DNA from: Synechococcales cyanobacterium VAR_4_metabat_354
GTDB taxonomy: Bacteria > Cyanobacteriota > Cyanobacteriia > Cyanobacteriales > Chamaesiphonaceae
Reading direction: 5' to 3'
DNA: 64,000 bases
Assembly: GCA_031414775.1 (NCBI GenBank)
Contig: JANOQI010000054.1
Location: 51,855-115,854, forward strand
Of this stretch, positions 61,545 through 64,000 are shown one piece after another. Each line of letters starts with the position of its first letter. The first letter of the stretch is position 1. The position numbers were made by a program, and so were the translations under genes. Under the pieces are notes generated by a model. It was not told the origin of the DNA. It did no database searches and saw nothing but the letters and a program-made list of their open reading frames with translations.

Positions 61545-62438
61545 ATGAATGACCACAACGCTAATGAGCCAAGAACTAAAACCCGCCGACTTTTACCAAA
61601 ATGGTCGATCTGGTTGGGCTTAAGCATCGTCACGATGGGGGCAATTGGATTCACCAAGAATTTTGATTGGCTACAGCTAATCAAACAAATATTGTCCAAC
61701 GTTGAAATCAGTTGGCAAAATCTATCCCACCCGATAGAAAAAGCGGTGTCCGGAGCTGAAAATAGCTACCAAAAATGGGGTGAAAATCAACCTCTAAATA
61801 ATCCGTGGATTTTGCTACCCTTCGCCGCTGGTGGTGGATTGTTGGCCAGTATTTCTCCTTGTATTTTGGCGATGTTACCAGTCAACCTGAGCTATATTGG
61901 CACTCTTAACGTGAAATCACGACGAGCGGCGTTCTTTAATGCTACCGGATTTGTATTGGGCGTAGTTACAGTACTTAGTGTTTTTGGACTATTCTCGTCG
62001 GTAGCAGCGGCAGTGATGGTCGATTGGCGCGGGCATATTAATATTGCGATCGGACTCTTAATTATTTTGATGGGTTTGAGTTTTGGGGGTTTATTCCATC
62101 TACCTTTACCACAAAGCCAAATCTCCTTACCGGGGGCTGGTACCTACGGGGTGGGGCTGACCTTTGCTCTGATTAGTTCTCCCTGTGCTAGTCCGGTGCT
62201 GTTTGCCGTGCTGGCCGCTGCCGCCGCCACTGGCTCCCCGGTGTGGAGTACTTTGACGATGGTGGCTTATGCCCTGGGCTACACGGCAGTGATTTTTGCA
62301 ACCAGCTTATTTGCCGGTTTAATCAAAGTCAGTCGCCAGATTTTAATGAAGTCTGATACAGTGCTGCGCTGGGGTGGACTAGTAATGGTACTCATGGGTG
62401 GGTATTATGTGATATCAGGTATTCTCTGGTTTTTCTAG
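61545..62438 (+). CDS. CcdA/DsbD transmembrane electron transporter
   Basis: SPC.L..LP and SPC.SP catalytic Cys motifs, multiple TM segments. Confidence 0.9.
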   Translation: MNDHNANEPRTKTRRLLPKWSIWLGLSIVTMGAIGFTKNFDWLQLIKQILSNVEISWQNLSHPIEKAVSGAENSYQKWGENQPLNNPWILLPFAAGGGLLASISPCILAMLPVNLSYIGTLNVKSRRAAFFNATGFVLGVVTVLSVFGLFSSVAAAVMVDWRGHINIAIGLLIILMGLSFGGLFHLPLPQSQISLPGAGTYGVGLTFALISSPCASPVLFAVLAAAAATGSPVWSTLTMVAYALGYTAVIFATSLFAGLIKVSRQILMKSDTVLRWGGLVMVLMGGYYVISGILWFF

Positions 62439-62442
62439 GCTT

Positions 62443-63003
62443 ATGCTCACCGACCAGTCCGATCTCCAAGTCGTTATGGCACTGCAAGAAGGTAATAATA
62501 CCGCTCTCGGCATTGTGTACGATCGCTATGGTGCAGCAGTTTACAGGTTAGCTCTCCGGATTTTGGCCAATCCCACCGAAGCTGAAGATCTGACCCAAGA
62601 GGTGTTTCTAGCTTTTTGGCGGGGAGTGGATAAATACGATCCGCAACGCGGCACTTTACTCGTTTTTCTGCTGACGATTGCTAGATCGCGGGCATTGAAT
62701 CGCCTGCAACAGCAGAACTCGCAACAAAATTTGCAGCAAAAGTTTGGCCACCATCTACCGTCAATACCGAGCCAGCCCGGGATGGAATCAGTTGCTCTCA
62801 GCGAATTAAGCGATCGAATGGGTAAAGCCCTCCAACAACTGCCGACCGCCCAAAAGCAAGTTCTAGAGATGGCTTACTATGGAGGTAAGAGTCAATCAAC
62901 GATCGCCCAAGAATTGGGTCTGCCTCTGGGTACCATCAAAACTCGATCGCGTCAGGGCCTACTCAAACTTAGACAATTATTACGGGATTTAGTGGAAGGA
63001 TGA
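62443..63003 (+). CDS. ECF sigma factor (SigK-like)
   Basis: AEDLTQEVF, region 4 EIA-like helix with PLGTIKTR.R.GL. Confidence 0.93.
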   Translation: MLTDQSDLQVVMALQEGNNTALGIVYDRYGAAVYRLALRILANPTEAEDLTQEVFLAFWRGVDKYDPQRGTLLVFLLTIARSRALNRLQQQNSQQNLQQKFGHHLPSIPSQPGMESVALSELSDRMGKALQQLPTAQKQVLEMAYYGGKSQSTIAQELGLPLGTIKTRSRQGLLKLRQLLRDLVEG

Positions 63004-63011
63004 AATCCTAA

Positions 63012-63818
63012 ATGACAGAACTTACGCCCCGATCTCAATCCGAACCTTGGTCAGAACTGCTGGCTGGATATGTTTTGGGTGATCTTACCCCAGCCGAAAT
63101 TGTTATTGTCGAACAATATTTAACCGAGCATCCCGAGCAGCAAGCTGAGGTAGCAAGCTTGCTGGTGCCATTGGAGTTGCTGCCACTCAGCCTCCCCGCA
63201 AATCTACCCTCAGCATCACTCCGGCAGCAAATCATGCAAATAGCTGCCAGTGAAACTGTAGTGAATGAAGCCTCCGCTTCAACGTCCCCCATTCAACTCC
63301 AAAAATTAAAATTATGGCTAGCGACGATTGCGGGGCTAGGAGTATTAGCCTGTTCGGGTTTAGGTTGGCAGAATTACCATCTGAGTCAAGAACTAGCCCA
63401 AGCTAAACAGGATTTAATCCGTACTAGCACTGCTCAAAAACAGCAGAATTCGCCGATGGCTCAAGCTGTTGTCAACATACTCCAGCAACCGAATAATCGC
63501 TTCCTGGCATTGAAAAGTATGGGTAAAAAACCAATGGGGATGGGCAGTTTAGTGATGGCACCCCAGAAAGCTTCAGCTGTATTAACTCTTCAGCAAGTGC
63601 CGCCTGTGCCGCCTGGCCAAGTCTATCGAGTATGGGCAATTCTGGGTAATGGGGAGATGGCTTGTGGTGATTTTTTGCCCGATGCGGCTGGCCAGGTGTT
63701 GATGCAGTTGCCGCTGAATAGCTGGGATAAGGTGAATAAAGTGACGATTACGATCGAAGACAAAGCGTCAGTCCATGCGGTGGGGGAAATTGCGATCGAA
63801 GGTGAGAGTCATATTTAA
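63012..63818 (+). CDS. Anti-sigma factor (RskA-like)
   Basis: EL.AGYVLG.L...E N-terminal anti-sigma domain, one TM, P..P.GQVY..W and ITIE C-terminal domain. Confidence 0.88.
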   Translation: MTELTPRSQSEPWSELLAGYVLGDLTPAEIVIVEQYLTEHPEQQAEVASLLVPLELLPLSLPANLPSASLRQQIMQIAASETVVNEASASTSPIQLQKLKLWLATIAGLGVLACSGLGWQNYHLSQELAQAKQDLIRTSTAQKQQNSPMAQAVVNILQQPNNRFLALKSMGKKPMGMGSLVMAPQKASAVLTLQQVPPVPPGQVYRVWAILGNGEMACGDFLPDAAGQVLMQLPLNSWDKVNKVTITIEDKASVHAVGEIAIEGESHI

Positions 63819-63926
63819 TTTCAGTACAACTTAGCAGCACAATTTTATGAAACTTTATTAACAATACTCCGGACACATTTTGAGCGGTTTTTGGAGCGCA
63901 AGCCCTGATGCTCTCGTAGGCTCGAT

Positions 63927-63968
63927 ATTTATTTCAATGTCTGGATTATCCCAGACATTGAAATAAAT
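63927..63968. repeat. Perfect 18-bp inverted repeat
   Basis: ATTTATTTCAATGTCTGG-ATTATC-CCAGACATTGAAATAAAT. Confidence 0.9.
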
Positions 63969-64000
63969 CCCAATTCCTGAATTAAAGGTGCTGAAAGCCT

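Overview
Gene-dense window from a cyanobacterial chromosome. The assignment rests on the ctaC-ctaD-ctaE oxidase genes with divergent ctaA/ctaB, lrtA/hpf, dapL, crtE next to a DUF212 gene, an RRM-type rbp gene with its typical 5'UTR boxes, and very frequent CGATCG palindromes. Most of it is housekeeping: trpE, moeA, uvrB, dnaK, recR, lipA, lysC, dapL, anmK, scpA, hemW, mazG, def, mpg, two P450s and two Ser/Thr kinases. I found no rRNA, tRNA, CRISPR array or transposase. The stand-out locus is 25.4-28.0 kb. It holds three paralogous genes for small secreted Gly/Ser/Ala/Thr-rich proteins with a ~30-residue (2x15) turn periodicity. They share a leader motif, and two share a TTGACA-N16 promoter. 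One copy lies between two direct repeats of the lipA 3' end, which points to array expansion by recombination at lipA. Other notable items: a threonine-synthase-like + MoaD-like operon under a perfect IscR/Rrf2-type palindrome (candidate sulfur-carrier route to homocysteine); an atypical hydrolase + membrane-anchored MurF + Ddl operon; and a recR that probably starts at a non-canonical ACG codon. All product calls come from motif recognition, not database searches.
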